Shown here piece by piece: positions 17,156-27,153 of a stretch of DNA of 64,000 bases; position 1 is the first letter of the stretch; each line of letters opens with the position of its first letter. A program made the position numbers and the translations under genes. Source of the stretch: a virus. The stretch spans positions 1-64,000 of the IMG/VR virus record IMGVR_UViG_3300047553_000365; one strand, 5' to 3'. The notes beneath the pieces are model-generated. The model saw only the letters and a program-made list of their open reading frames with translations. It did no database searches and was not told where the DNA came from.

Positions 17156-17280
17156 TGTATAGGTAATGCATAAAACTAAATTAAAATGTATAGTAAATCC
17201 TATACTAAGAAAACTACAATGGTTTACAGATAGCCCATATGTTATAGTCTCCAAGTTCAATAACGACAATTTTATTGGTT

Positions 17281-17526
17281 ATGCAATCAGAAGAGTTAAA
17301 ATATTATACTGATGGTAAAAGACATTTGGTATGTGTTCCATACTCTAAAGACAATCTTCATAAAATGGCTGAAGATTTAAACATTAAAAAATGTTGGTTT
17401 CATAAAAACCATTATGATATTCCTAAAAGAAGAATACAGGAAATTGAAGAAAAGTGTGTAATGGTTTCCTCAAGAGAAATAGTGAAAATTATTAATTCGA
17501 ATCAAGACCCTTCTGAAACATCTTAG
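17281..17526 (+). CDS. DUF4031-like protein
   Basis: HLVCVPYSKDNLHKMAEDLNIKKCWFHKNHYDI. Confidence 0.7.
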   Translation: MQSEELKYYTDGKRHLVCVPYSKDNLHKMAEDLNIKKCWFHKNHYDIPKRRIQEIEEKCVMVSSREIVKIINSNQDPSETS

Positions 17527-18199
17527 CTTCCGCATCTCTACGAAGATGCAAGCCTTTTAATTTGGTATACGACCAAAGACGTTTCATGTTTCTTAAATCG
17601 GTAGGAACAGATTCTTCTTTATTCACAGAGATATGATATCTAATATCACGCATCTCTTTTCTAGAATCTGTATTTGCAGTTGATGGTCCTCTATTAAAAA
17701 CCAGAGAAGTTAATGCACCATTACAATGTGGGTTAAGTCTATCCTTAGATAGTTTAAATGCATCTGCTGTTTGTTTGGTGAACCTTGGAAGGGAGTCTCT
17801 AATAAAAACCTTTTCAGCATCTTCATAGGATACTCTAACCACATTCTTAACCTTTGGTAGACCTTCGTAATATGCTCGTTTACCTTTTAAACCAGCAACA
17901 CTTTTCATGGCTTCAATTTCTTTATCAGAAAGAACACCCTTAAAAGCTTTTTCGATTTGTTCAGGTGTATTATATCCTAGATCAAATCCAAATCCTACAG
18001 TAACACCACTGCTAGTAGTTTGCCATGAGGGAACAGTTGGTCTTTGAAGTTTGGCTTCGTAATAGCTTCTTCCTCCAACTTCAAATTGAACAATCATATC
18101 CAACGACTCTTTGGAAACTGGTAAAGAAAGATTCTCCTCTACAACACCAGTCTTAGAGCTAAGAACTAAAGCAAGAACACCAATGAATAATAATTTCAT
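17492..18199 (-). CDS. endolysin (T4-lysozyme/pesticin-like muramidase) with signal peptide
   Basis: IVQFEVGG...SGVTVGFGFDLG...ALTSLVFNRG...LHLRRDAE; hydrophobic N-terminus. Confidence 0.8.
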   Translation of the reverse strand: MKLLFIGVLALVLSSKTGVVEENLSLPVSKESLDMIVQFEVGGRSYYEAKLQRPTVPSWQTTSSGVTVGFGFDLGYNTPEQIEKAFKGVLSDKEIEAMKSVAGLKGKRAYYEGLPKVKNVVRVSYEDAEKVFIRDSLPRFTKQTADAFKLSKDRLNPHCNGALTSLVFNRGPSTANTDSRKEMRDIRYHISVNKEESVPTDLRNMKRLWSYTKLKGLHLRRDAEAKMFQKGLDSN

Positions 18200-18549
18200 T
18201 AGAAGCTAAACATTATGGTGACAAATAGAACTAGGAAAGATCCCAACATCCATCTTGTCTTTTCCACGCTATCCATTTTCTTCCAACCGCTATCAAACAC
18301 ATCTCCAAAGTCTTTACCCAAAGTGTTTGTAAACACAAACTTCTTAACGGTCCAAACTAAGGCAGAGGATACAGCGATCTTTTTCAGAACATCGTAGATA
18401 TCTACCAGATTATAGATTTCAGTAAAGTTAAACTTAGTGTCAACCCAACCTGCTACTGCTAGAACGGCAAATAATCCTGCGGCAACAGCAGCAGCGATTC
18501 CCCAATCCTTTACTATACTTGTCTTATTACTTACATTTTTTGTACTCAT
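18199..18549 (-). CDS. holin-like membrane protein
   Basis: Three hydrophobic segments; abuts endolysin. Confidence 0.5.
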   Translation of the reverse strand: MSTKNVSNKTSIVKDWGIAAAVAAGLFAVLAVAGWVDTKFNFTEIYNLVDIYDVLKKIAVSSALVWTVKKFVFTNTLGKDFGDVFDSGWKKMDSVEKTRWMLGSFLVLFVTIMFSF

Positions 18550-18560
18550 AATTTTATTTA

Positions 18561-19268
18561 TTAAATTCTAAATCTTGTTAATGGAAAGTATATCATAAGA
18601 ACATTCTTAACAACTATCCATAATACGAAAGCTCCCACGATTCCAAAGATCCAATTTCTATATACGGATGCCTTAGCAGACTTAACCTTTTCTTTTTCTA
18701 ATTCAGCCTTTAGCTTTTCCTTTTCAGTGTCCTTAGACTTAAGTAGATTGTGTAGAAACTCGGCTTGTGTTCTAAGTTCGTTGGCTTCTCTTTCCTTCTC
18801 AATCATCTTTACATAGGATTTAGAAACATCTCCCTTAGTTCTTTCCAGAACGCTTCTTTGTTCAGCTAGTTGCTTTTGTAACCCATCATTCTTAACCTGA
18901 ATGTTCTTATTGTTTTCACCAACAAGCAACAGTCCATTCTTAACATGAACAACTTCGGCTTCTTGAACCTTTTGGCTTGCAACCACTTTTTGTCTTAACT
19001 TTTCAAGATTATTAACATTATCTTCTATGGTTAGATTTTGCCTACTAAGAATCGAACCTGTCTCTCCAACATTGTCTTTCATTCTATCTGCTAGTAAAAT
19101 AGCACCATCAACGTTCTTTGAAACGTTTTGTATATCCCCTACAGCACTCTCAACCTTATGTGGAAGGGGTGGAGGATTTGGAGGAACCGTTGGCTTACAT
19201 CCTACGAAAAGAACTGCCAACATGACCAATGGCCATGTAATATAAGTCTTCATACTTATATTTATCAC
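18561..19268 (-). CDS. lipoprotein with coiled coil and C-terminal TM (unimolecular spanin candidate)
   Basis: Lipobox LFVGC, long heptad region, TM WIFGIVGAFVLWIVV. Confidence 0.55.
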   Translation of the reverse strand: MINISMKTYITWPLVMLAVLFVGCKPTVPPNPPPLPHKVESAVGDIQNVSKNVDGAILLADRMKDNVGETGSILSRQNLTIEDNVNNLEKLRQKVVASQKVQEAEVVHVKNGLLLVGENNKNIQVKNDGLQKQLAEQRSVLERTKGDVSKSYVKMIEKEREANELRTQAEFLHNLLKSKDTEKEKLKAELEKEKVKSAKASVYRNWIFGIVGAFVLWIVVKNVLMIYFPLTRFRI

Positions 19269-19597
19269 TTATGATCCTTTTTAAGCTCAATCAGGGTATC
19301 CTTTATAACGATAACCGCTTCCTCTAAACGGATTATTCGGGTTTCCATATTGTTTCGATCCTGATCCATTATTCTCTTGGCTTCTACCCAATCAGATCTT
19401 GTAAACTCGACACCCCTACTGGTAGCGTTACTTAATTCAATATTGTGGACCTTATATTCCAATTCTGAAATCTTGTTCCACGCTAGGTTAAGAAACCATG
19501 AAGACACAGCCAATACCACAGACATAGCTATAGGTAATAACCGATTAGTCCACATCTGCGTATTATTAAACTGTTCTTTTGCGGCTCTTTCACTCAT
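19265..19597 (-). CDS. single-TM coiled-coil protein (lysis-associated)
   Basis: TM LLPIAMSVVLAVSSWFL plus heptads; CTAAATA upstream. Confidence 0.5.
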   Translation of the reverse strand: MSERAAKEQFNNTQMWTNRLLPIAMSVVLAVSSWFLNLAWNKISELEYKVHNIELSNATSRGVEFTRSDWVEAKRIMDQDRNNMETRIIRLEEAVIVIKDTLIELKKDHK

Positions 19598-19714
19598 AAT
19601 GTTATATTAATATTTAGATAAATTGATGGGAAAAATCTTCGAAAATAGGATTTTTTTGCCCACAATCTACACTTTTTGTTGAAAATGATGGCGTTGCAGA
19701 TAAATATTAATACT

Positions 19715-19918
19715 ATGATTAAGCGAGAATCAGAAAATAGCGTTAGATTGTGTTGTGGAAAGAAGGGTTGTCCCGTGGTGACAGACCTTGGGGATGGGTG
19801 GATTCAAATCACCGATGATGACGGCAACGTTGTAAAAATGAAGAAACAGGAAGCAGAAATGATTTCTGATGGGGTTAAGATTCTGGACAATAAGGAAGAA
19901 AGGTTAATTCTTGGCTGA
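19715..19918 (+). CDS. small Cys-containing hypothetical protein
   Basis: LCCGKKGCPVV; TAAATA at 19701. Confidence 0.65.
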   Translation: MIKRESENSVRLCCGKKGCPVVTDLGDGWIQITDDDGNVVKMKKQEAEMISDGVKILDNKEERLILG

Positions 19919-20213
19919 TCTCTGGAAAGAAAGTCTAGCCCTAATTGGGTGCTGTTTCATAATTAAATACGGAACAATTTTAGACTTCATAAGGAAACCA
20001 CTAAAGAAACTAAAATTTTTTAACGAATTATTATCATGTTCACTCTGTATAGGCTTTCACGTTGGATTTTGGAAAGTGATTCTGTTTGGGAATCACTCAA
20101 TGCCGGATGCATTATTCTTAGCATTCTATTCTTCCTCAATATGTTGGCTGGCTGACCATCTAGTAGATGTCATGCAAACCTTCATTTATGGTCGTGATAA
20201 GAACGATCAATAA
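19911..20213 (+). CDS. DUF1360-like membrane protein
   Basis: ELLSCSLCIGFHVG between TM segments. Confidence 0.6.
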   Translation: MADLWKESLALIGCCFIIKYGTILDFIRKPLKKLKFFNELLSCSLCIGFHVGFWKVILFGNHSMPDALFLAFYSSSICWLADHLVDVMQTFIYGRDKNDQ

Positions 20214-21687
20214 TCTGTTTAGCTTTTCTAAACACATCATTCTCAGTCACAGTTTTACCACTGAGTAACATATCAGCAACCCAATCTTGGAGTTTTGGTA
20301 AGTAGATACCAAGTTGCTTTCTATCCTGATTAAACTTCGGAAACATTTCCATCAGTTTATTACCGTTGATAATAGCGGACACCTGTTTCTTTAATTCGTC
20401 TGCACCACCGGGAACAGTATTAAGTTTTGCTTCTGCTCTCTCAATCCTTTCCTTAAATTCTTGTGGATTAAACATTGATGGTCCTCTGGATGCTTCATCA
20501 CAAAAGGCTACGGACTTCACAACATTCCAAGAAGGATCGTGAATCAGTTTTCTTAATGTCTTAAGATTTAACTTATCCAGATCATGAACTAACATATGCT
20601 TTGCCACAGCAGAAAGAATATCCTTCTTCTCTTGTGGTCCAAGATTATTAAACTTCAATCTGTTAAAGATGTTTTGAACGATGGGAACTCCCGCAGCTTC
20701 ATGTCCATGATAGTTGCTAAATCCTCTCTTATTAGTTCCTCTAGTAGTTGCCTTACCGAAATCGTGAAAGAGGACTGCTAGATTTATAATAGGGTCTTTA
20801 AATGGAGATGCCTTAAGACATTCATGAATATGACCCAACACTTGTGATTCCCCTTCAGGATGATGTTGTGGATCATGATCGAATCCTCTCATACTGGTAA
20901 ACTCTGGTAGAATATCGTCAAGAATACCAGCTTCATCCAATTTGGATAGAAAGTTTGATAGAGTTTTTCCCGACTTAGCTGCCTTATAGAACTCCTGTGC
21001 AATACTCTCCATAGAGATTAACTTAGGATCTAGTAACAATCCCTTCAGTTCCTTTGCAGCATTTAGAGTATTCTGCTCAATATCGAATCCCATCTTTGCA
21101 GCAAATCTAAAGACTCTCAGAAGCCTTGTGGCATCTTCCTTGAATCTCTCTTTGGGATTGCCAACTGCTCTGACAACTTTGTTCTTAAGATCCTCTAGAC
21201 CACCCTGATAGTCCACAATTCTACCATTAGAATCCAGACCAAAACTATTAATAGTTATGTCTCGTCTTTTAGTATCAGTTTCAAAGTCATTTACTTCCGT
21301 GGATACATTTGCCTGTCTACCCATTTCGGTTTGAGAATCCTCTCTAAACTTAGCTAGGTCAAAGGCATACTCTCCAAAGATGATCTTGAAAACTGGTTGA
21401 GAATCGTTCTTGGAGATGTTTCTTAGTTCAAAGTGCTTTGATAAGTCCTCAAAGGGAATATTGGTCGCCATGTCCACATCATCAATGGGATCACCCATCA
21501 AAAGATCCCTAGGAACACCCCCCACAATATAGATCTCCCCCCTAGGAAAAAGACCGTTAATCTTCTTCATAAGGGCTAATCCGACCCGTAATTCCTCAGA
21601 ATTTTGTAGGGCTTTCTCCCATTTGTCCGAAAAGTCGTCAATATTATAATTGACGCTTTCGGTAAAGAATTTCAGAAACGACTTCAT
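20182..21687 (-). CDS. cca: CCA tRNA nucleotidyltransferase with HD domain
   Basis: YIVGGVPRDLL..DVD, RRDITINS, EDATRLLRVFRF, HHPEG, LFHDFGK. Confidence 0.93.
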   Translation of the reverse strand: MKSFLKFFTESVNYNIDDFSDKWEKALQNSEELRVGLALMKKINGLFPRGEIYIVGGVPRDLLMGDPIDDVDMATNIPFEDLSKHFELRNISKNDSQPVFKIIFGEYAFDLAKFREDSQTEMGRQANVSTEVNDFETDTKRRDITINSFGLDSNGRIVDYQGGLEDLKNKVVRAVGNPKERFKEDATRLLRVFRFAAKMGFDIEQNTLNAAKELKGLLLDPKLISMESIAQEFYKAAKSGKTLSNFLSKLDEAGILDDILPEFTSMRGFDHDPQHHPEGESQVLGHIHECLKASPFKDPIINLAVLFHDFGKATTRGTNKRGFSNYHGHEAAGVPIVQNIFNRLKFNNLGPQEKKDILSAVAKHMLVHDLDKLNLKTLRKLIHDPSWNVVKSVAFCDEASRGPSMFNPQEFKERIERAEAKLNTVPGGADELKKQVSAIINGNKLMEMFPKFNQDRKQLGIYLPKLQDWVADMLLSGKTVTENDVFRKAKQIIDRSYHDHK

Positions 21688-21722
21688 ACATATATACTTA
21701 CCACAATTGCTAAATAATTACA

Positions 21723-22358
21723 GTGGAAAATTTCAAAACATACTACGAAAGTTTCTCTCTAAACCCCCTAAACTGGTTCAAATCGAAGGTTAAGGCACAG
21801 GAGAAGGACATTCAAAAAAGGTATATTGCCCATGCCAGAGAGAACTTTAAGAAGATGAAAGACCTTCTTAAAAGTAAGGGATATTATATTCACAAACACG
21901 AATTTTCATATACAGTAAGACAGGGTAAGATGGTGGGGTTGTCTGGTAAAAAATATGGGGGGTATACTGGAAAAGTGGGTAGTGGTCCCTTAGATAAAAA
22001 GTATATTCAAACTCTATTCACATTAGCACATGAAGTTGGACATGTTTTACAATGGAACGATGCCACAGAAAGAAAATTAATGGCGGATACTTTTAAGCAA
22101 GAATTAGAAAAAACAAATGATTTGGAACATTATCACTTTCTTGTAAGTATGCACCAATTATGGTATGAGATAAATGCATGGGAAGAAGGATTACAATTTA
22201 TTCCTGATGAACTTAAATTCTATTACCTAAGTTACGCTGTTCCTGCTTTGACATCATATATGAAGTATGATTTACAAGAATATTCCAGATATGAACTAAT
22301 TCAAGAACCCCTAGCAAAGCTTATGGCTGAAAGACGTAGGCTAACTCCGACTAAATAA
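21723..22358 (+). CDS. HEXXH metallopeptidase-like protein with capsid-targeting-like leader
   Basis: MENFKTYYES; LAHEVGH...EINAW. Confidence 0.65.
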   Translation: MENFKTYYESFSLNPLNWFKSKVKAQEKDIQKRYIAHARENFKKMKDLLKSKGYYIHKHEFSYTVRQGKMVGLSGKKYGGYTGKVGSGPLDKKYIQTLFTLAHEVGHVLQWNDATERKLMADTFKQELEKTNDLEHYHFLVSMHQLWYEINAWEEGLQFIPDELKFYYLSYAVPALTSYMKYDLQEYSRYELIQEPLAKLMAERRRLTPTK

Positions 22359-22362
22359 TAAC

Positions 22363-22812
22363 ATGCTGGCATTTAATAAACTTTTTCTTATGCTTAGGGA
22401 ACAACATTCGGAAGATTGGTGGGCCAGTATAGATCTTGTTCCCAGAAACATAATGGGGATGAAAACAAGCTTGAATGATGTTCCTCCATTTAAACCGTAT
22501 GGCTTTTGGGTGGATAAGTCTGGAAACTTTGCTGCTTGTAGATATCAGCAACATTATAGCGTGGGAAAGGATATAATTAGATCGGCTAATAGATATCTGG
22601 AAGAACAAGGGAAACCATTGATTGAAGTTCCCCAAGACAATATTTATGGGACTCTATTTCGTGCTGGATGGATAAGAGTAACTTTGGAGGGGGATCAATT
22701 ATATTATGAGTCCGGTAAAAATTTCGGTCACATGCCCACACAATCACAGATAAAATTTATGAAGTATGTGAAGGACTTATACAAAACAGAAGACGAAAAA
22801 TATAGAATATGA
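22363..22812 (+). CDS. hypothetical protein (PYGFW-domain family)
   Basis: PYGFWVDKSGNF...HY...GWIRV. Confidence 0.75.
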   Translation: MLAFNKLFLMLREQHSEDWWASIDLVPRNIMGMKTSLNDVPPFKPYGFWVDKSGNFAACRYQQHYSVGKDIIRSANRYLEEQGKPLIEVPQDNIYGTLFRAGWIRVTLEGDQLYYESGKNFGHMPTQSQIKFMKYVKDLYKTEDEKYRI

Positions 22813-23618
22813 AATCTTTTAAACAATATTTTGAAGAAGAAAATGGTGGAGAATCTATTGATTTGACAAGAGTTCCTATTAATGCTATTGGTCTTAGACA
22901 TGGTATAAGAAGTCTTCCTGAACAAAAACCTTACGGCTTTTGGATTGATAAGTCAGGTAATTTTATACCTACACAGAACCATAACAAGACAGCAGAGATT
23001 ATAGTTAATGCTGCAATATCATGGATGAAAAAACAGGGTATTCCAACCCCCCATAATTTGAGGGATGCCTTTATGATACTCATGTATGATAATGGCTGGA
23101 TGAGAGTTGTTACTACAACAGGTAGAATTTATAGTGAAGTGGGAATTGGTAGAAAATCTACCCCTAGTCAACTTAAGGCTGTGGAGGATATGAAACTCAT
23201 GTATCTAAAGCAAAGAGATTCTGTTTTGGTGGGAGAAGCAGTAGCTCCAGAACTTTTAAGTCAAATGCAGATGATTCCTGATTCTACCGTTGGGTTCTCT
23301 AATACATTAGCAAATCTGCCCGCATCTCCACCATACGGTTTCTGGGTTTCAAAACACGGTAACTTTATACCAGTGAAAACTATGATGGGACACTCTGATG
23401 TGGGGGGACAGATTGTAAGAAAAATGGAAGAAATATTAGGAACAAAACTTATACCTGAAGATGATTATTCTGATGAATACTTTATAATCATGGATATAAT
23501 GGATGCATTACATTATTGTAGAGTGGTGAGAGATAGGGGGACATATAAATTTGATGTCAAGATTCCTTTAACCAGAGGTCAAAAAAGATTCAAGGATGCT
23601 CTGGAAACGGCATACTGA
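22809..23618 (+). CDS. hypothetical protein (two PYGFW domains) with leader
   Basis: MKSFKQYFEE; PYGFWIDKSGNF and PYGFWVSKHGNF. Confidence 0.75.
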   Translation: MKSFKQYFEEENGGESIDLTRVPINAIGLRHGIRSLPEQKPYGFWIDKSGNFIPTQNHNKTAEIIVNAAISWMKKQGIPTPHNLRDAFMILMYDNGWMRVVTTTGRIYSEVGIGRKSTPSQLKAVEDMKLMYLKQRDSVLVGEAVAPELLSQMQMIPDSTVGFSNTLANLPASPPYGFWVSKHGNFIPVKTMMGHSDVGGQIVRKMEEILGTKLIPEDDYSDEYFIIMDIMDALHYCRVVRDRGTYKFDVKIPLTRGQKRFKDALETAY

Positions 23619-23622
23619 TTCT

Positions 23623-23650
23623 TGACAATGGGATGGGGAATGCTAATATA
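23623..23650 (+). promoter_or_regulatory. sigma70-like promoter, leaderless arrangement
   Basis: TTGACA-16-TAATAT, ATG 5 nt later; coordinates approximate. Confidence 0.6.
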
Positions 23651-23654
23651 GGGT

Positions 23655-23924
23655 ATGAGTAATACCAATTATTATGTAACTTCGGGATCTAGTGTTTATG
23701 GTGGAACATTATACAATACAAACACGAATGGCATCTTTACGAATATTAACAATGTATATAATTACAACGAAATCAAATTTCATGACGAGAGTGGGTTGGG
23801 TGTGGGTAGGCTTTATTGGGATGAAGAGGGCTTTCACTTTGAGGGGAATTTAGACGAATCTGCCGCAATATTTTTTAATATGGTGGGGCATAATCTAGTT
23901 GAAGCAGCTAGATCTGCTAAATAA
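23655..23924 (+). CDS. hypothetical protein
   Basis: ORF track. Confidence 0.65.
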   Translation: MSNTNYYVTSGSSVYGGTLYNTNTNGIFTNINNVYNYNEIKFHDESGLGVGRLYWDEEGFHFEGNLDESAAIFFNMVGHNLVEAARSAK

Positions 23925-23928
23925 TACT

Positions 23929-24399
23929 ATGAAGTCTAAAGATCAAGAAAACCTTTCTAAAATATACCTAGAATATATTGTTAAGGGAAATGAATATCCT
24001 CCTGAACCACCCAAGGGAACTCTTAACTTTGATCGTAATTCCAAACCAAGCGATGAGCTTGATGTGGGGGAAGAGGGGGAATGGAAGGACATTTTAGAGA
24101 ACATTGTCAATCTGGGGGTGAATGCATCGACCTATCTTTCAGTTCGTGGTGGCAATCACCAATGGTTAAAAGGGTTGCAGGATACTATGGACTATATTGA
24201 TTACGCTCTAAGTAAACTAGACGATCATGGTAAACAGTCAATTAAAAATTACATTAAGTATGCTGTTCAAGATAAGAACCATGCAGAAGATCCTGAAGAA
24301 TCGACAGCCTTAAACTTTTTAGTATCAGACTTCTTTAAAAATGAAGTGGTTAAATACTACAAACCAAAACGTAAAGTATCTCTATTAAACTTCCTTTAA
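23929..24399 (+). CDS. hypothetical protein
   Basis: TAAATA 5 nt upstream; MKSKDQENLSKIYLE. Confidence 0.7.
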   Translation: MKSKDQENLSKIYLEYIVKGNEYPPEPPKGTLNFDRNSKPSDELDVGEEGEWKDILENIVNLGVNASTYLSVRGGNHQWLKGLQDTMDYIDYALSKLDDHGKQSIKNYIKYAVQDKNHAEDPEESTALNFLVSDFFKNEVVKYYKPKRKVSLLNFL

Positions 24400-25157
24400 A
24401 CCTTAGTTGAAAGGTGTTTTTTCAATCTTCTATTAGGTTCTTCTCTAGAACCTGTAACTCTCATAAGAGTTAAAATGGCATCCTTGTGTTCTTTAGGAAG
24501 CTTGTTAAAGTGTTCAATGCCAGTGGCCCAAAGTTCATAGTTATTTGATAACCCATAAGAATTTGCCCAATCCACCAATTTTCTCATCTCTTCACGAACA
24601 GCATCATTTCTCTTTCCTGAAAGCATCTTAGGGTTCTTAGGATATACCTTTCTTTTTGTCGCAGCATTGGCTTCATCATAATTAGTTTTTAATATATGGT
24701 CATAATGTTGTTTTACTGCTTTCTTAAAGTTTGAACTATTATTAAACATCCATAGATGCGCCCACTCATGAATAATTATTTGTGTGGCATAATACGGACT
24801 ATCTACTAAAGAATTGTAATCAACCTCCATATACTTTCCTTTTTCATATGCTGCTCCCCCCACAGCTACACTACTTTTTCCAGTGTTTTGATTTTTCACT
24901 TTTGAAAGATCTGCCACAACAACATTAGAGTGCATGGAAGGAAATCCCAATTTATGTATGTAATTACGAGCCAATTCAAACACATGTTTAATTCTCTTGC
25001 TTTTAACATTGAGTCTTACCTCTTCATCAATGTAGGTAGGATCATTTAGAAGATCCTTTTTAATAAAAACGGAAAACATTGGAATATCATATTGATGCTC
25101 CAAGACTGCGGATTTTCGAAAAGCTTCGGGTAGATAGTAGAAATCCTTAAAACTCAC
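24396..25157 (-). CDS. HEXXH metallopeptidase-like protein with leader
   Basis: MSFKDFYYLPE; IIIHEWAH; YGLSNNYELWA; TAAATA 5 nt upstream. Confidence 0.65.
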   Translation of the reverse strand: MSFKDFYYLPEAFRKSAVLEHQYDIPMFSVFIKKDLLNDPTYIDEEVRLNVKSKRIKHVFELARNYIHKLGFPSMHSNVVVADLSKVKNQNTGKSSVAVGGAAYEKGKYMEVDYNSLVDSPYYATQIIIHEWAHLWMFNNSSNFKKAVKQHYDHILKTNYDEANAATKRKVYPKNPKMLSGKRNDAVREEMRKLVDWANSYGLSNNYELWATGIEHFNKLPKEHKDAILTLMRVTGSREEPNRRLKKHLSTKV

Positions 25158-25215
25158 ATTAGTATTTACCTTGACGCTTAAGGATTTCGTGATATGGTGG
25201 GTAAAAGGTTGAATT

Positions 25216-25656
25216 ATGAAACAAGCACTATGTACAAAATGTTTCGGGACGGGGCTTACGATGGGGTGGGTTCCTAGTTATAACAATCCTGATAATTATA
25301 ATTTCGATCCCCCCGCAGAAATATGTTCTTGTGGAGCCTATGAAAAGATGAAAAATAGAGCGCGTATTCAAGACCTAAAAAAAGAATTGGGAGTAGATCA
25401 GTCTAATTGTAAAACCTGCCGACACCTTAAAGGGGAATCTGATGACGAATATGGGTCTAACTTTTATTACTATTGTAGTAAGAGAGAGTCTTTTAGTTGG
25501 TTAAAATCCTTTCCCTTTAAGAAGGATATGGATTGTTGGGAGCCTACCTTTTGGGCAACCAAGCTTGGGGAGGATGTGGATTGGATAGATGGTGCGGGTG
25601 CTAATGAAGCTCACGCTCAGTTTAATGCCATTTTGAATAGGTTTGAGAGAAACTAA
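25216..25656 (+). CDS. Cys-rich hypothetical protein
   Basis: CxxC motifs. Confidence 0.65.
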   Translation: MKQALCTKCFGTGLTMGWVPSYNNPDNYNFDPPAEICSCGAYEKMKNRARIQDLKKELGVDQSNCKTCRHLKGESDDEYGSNFYYYCSKRESFSWLKSFPFKKDMDCWEPTFWATKLGEDVDWIDGAGANEAHAQFNAILNRFERN

Positions 25657-25684
25657 GAGAGATAATACTAAAATAATAATGTAG

Positions 25685-25984
25685 ATGACAAGAGTGGTAA
25701 ACATTCAAAAAGAGCCTTATGATGTAATTATAGACCGTAGCACCATATGGGGAAACCCCTACAGCCACAAGGAAGGAACACTAGCCAAGTATAAAGTGAA
25801 GACCAGAGGAGAAGCTGTGGCGGCATATAGAGCCTATATTATGGATAACCCGGACTTAATGGAAAGGCTTTCTGAATTAGAGGGAAAAGTGTTGGGATGT
25901 CATTGTAAACCACTACCTTGTCATGGGGACATTTTGGTAGACCTGATTAATAATCGACCCAAGATAAACCTAGAGAATATGTAA
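25685..25984 (+). CDS. DUF4326 family protein
   Basis: IDRSTIWGNPY...LEGKVLGCHCKPLPCHGDIL. Confidence 0.85.
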   Translation: MTRVVNIQKEPYDVIIDRSTIWGNPYSHKEGTLAKYKVKTRGEAVAAYRAYIMDNPDLMERLSELEGKVLGCHCKPLPCHGDILVDLINNRPKINLENM

Positions 25985-26004
25985 TTTTTACACTAAATAA
26001 ATAA

Positions 26005-27153
26005 GTGTATCCCACCTTTAAGACATATTTTGAGTCCCGACAGATTCCACCCAATATCGAACAAAAGATATTGTCCATGAATGGATATGTGTTTAGGTAT
26101 GCCGAATTTCTAGACTCTAGAGGTGAAGAGCTTCCTCCCTATCTGTTAAAAAAGTTGGCAGAAACTCCCGAAATGGCATATAGGTGGGCATCCTACCTAA
26201 AGGAAAATAATAAGGATGTTCCAGAGTCAATATTGACAGGAATTTTAAATCAAACCCATTTTGCCTACTGCCCTAACTATCCTGCTCGTTATGCTCGTCT
26301 ATTGGGGGTTAGAGGAGAAGAGATTCCACCAAAATTCATGAAAAAACTATTGGAAGCCGATCCATATGTTATAGCATCATTTGCAATGGTAGTTATAGAG
26401 AATGGACGAACTCCTCCCGATGTTGTTATGAATAGAATAAAAGAACTTCCAGAGGCAGCATATTTCTTTATAAAAGAATTAATATATAATAAAAAAGATA
26501 TTCCTGAAGTATATATACAAACTGTTGCTAAATCTCCCTTTCATTCAAGACATCTAAAACAATTATTTGATAATGAAAACATGGAAGTTCCTTCCATTAT
26601 TCGTAGTGCAGCATCCTTGTGGAATGAATCTAGAGTTAATGTTCCCGACTCCATAATGGATAGAATTTCTAAATCGTATCATTACTCCTATTTGTTAGCT
26701 GTCGAGTTTACTAAGAATAATAGAAAAGTGCCTAAAGAATTTATCACCAGAATTACACATTCGTCACAACATGCAGATCATTATGCAAGAGCGTTGATTG
26801 AAATGAATAAGCCAGTTCCTAGAGTAATCATAAATGCTATAGCCAGAGAACCTTACAGAGCCACATTATTTACCATCTTTTTAACTAGCCATAATAAAGG
26901 TGTTCCCGCAATTATTCGTGAAGTATTAACTAAAAAAGCCCCCTCGTTTTCTTACGAATATTTAGATACTGTATTATCCGCATATAGAGATGTTGGGTTT
27001 CATCAAAGCATTTATAATGGAGCAATTAATAACCTCGCTAAGAGTAATGAAAATGCATTCATTACAGTGAAACTCTTAAGTAGACACGGAATAGACATTC
27101 CTCCAAAACTACAAAAAGCAAAAGACAATTGGATTGCCGATCTAAACTCATGA
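26005..27153 (+). CDS. alpha-helical repeat protein with leader (double module)
   Basis: MYPTFKTYFES; repeated YAxxLxxxGxxVPxxIxxxI units. Confidence 0.8.
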   Translation: MYPTFKTYFESRQIPPNIEQKILSMNGYVFRYAEFLDSRGEELPPYLLKKLAETPEMAYRWASYLKENNKDVPESILTGILNQTHFAYCPNYPARYARLLGVRGEEIPPKFMKKLLEADPYVIASFAMVVIENGRTPPDVVMNRIKELPEAAYFFIKELIYNKKDIPEVYIQTVAKSPFHSRHLKQLFDNENMEVPSIIRSAASLWNESRVNVPDSIMDRISKSYHYSYLLAVEFTKNNRKVPKEFITRITHSSQHADHYARALIEMNKPVPRVIINAIAREPYRATLFTIFLTSHNKGVPAIIREVLTKKAPSFSYEYLDTVLSAYRDVGFHQSIYNGAINNLAKSNENAFITVKLLSRHGIDIPPKLQKAKDNWIADLNS

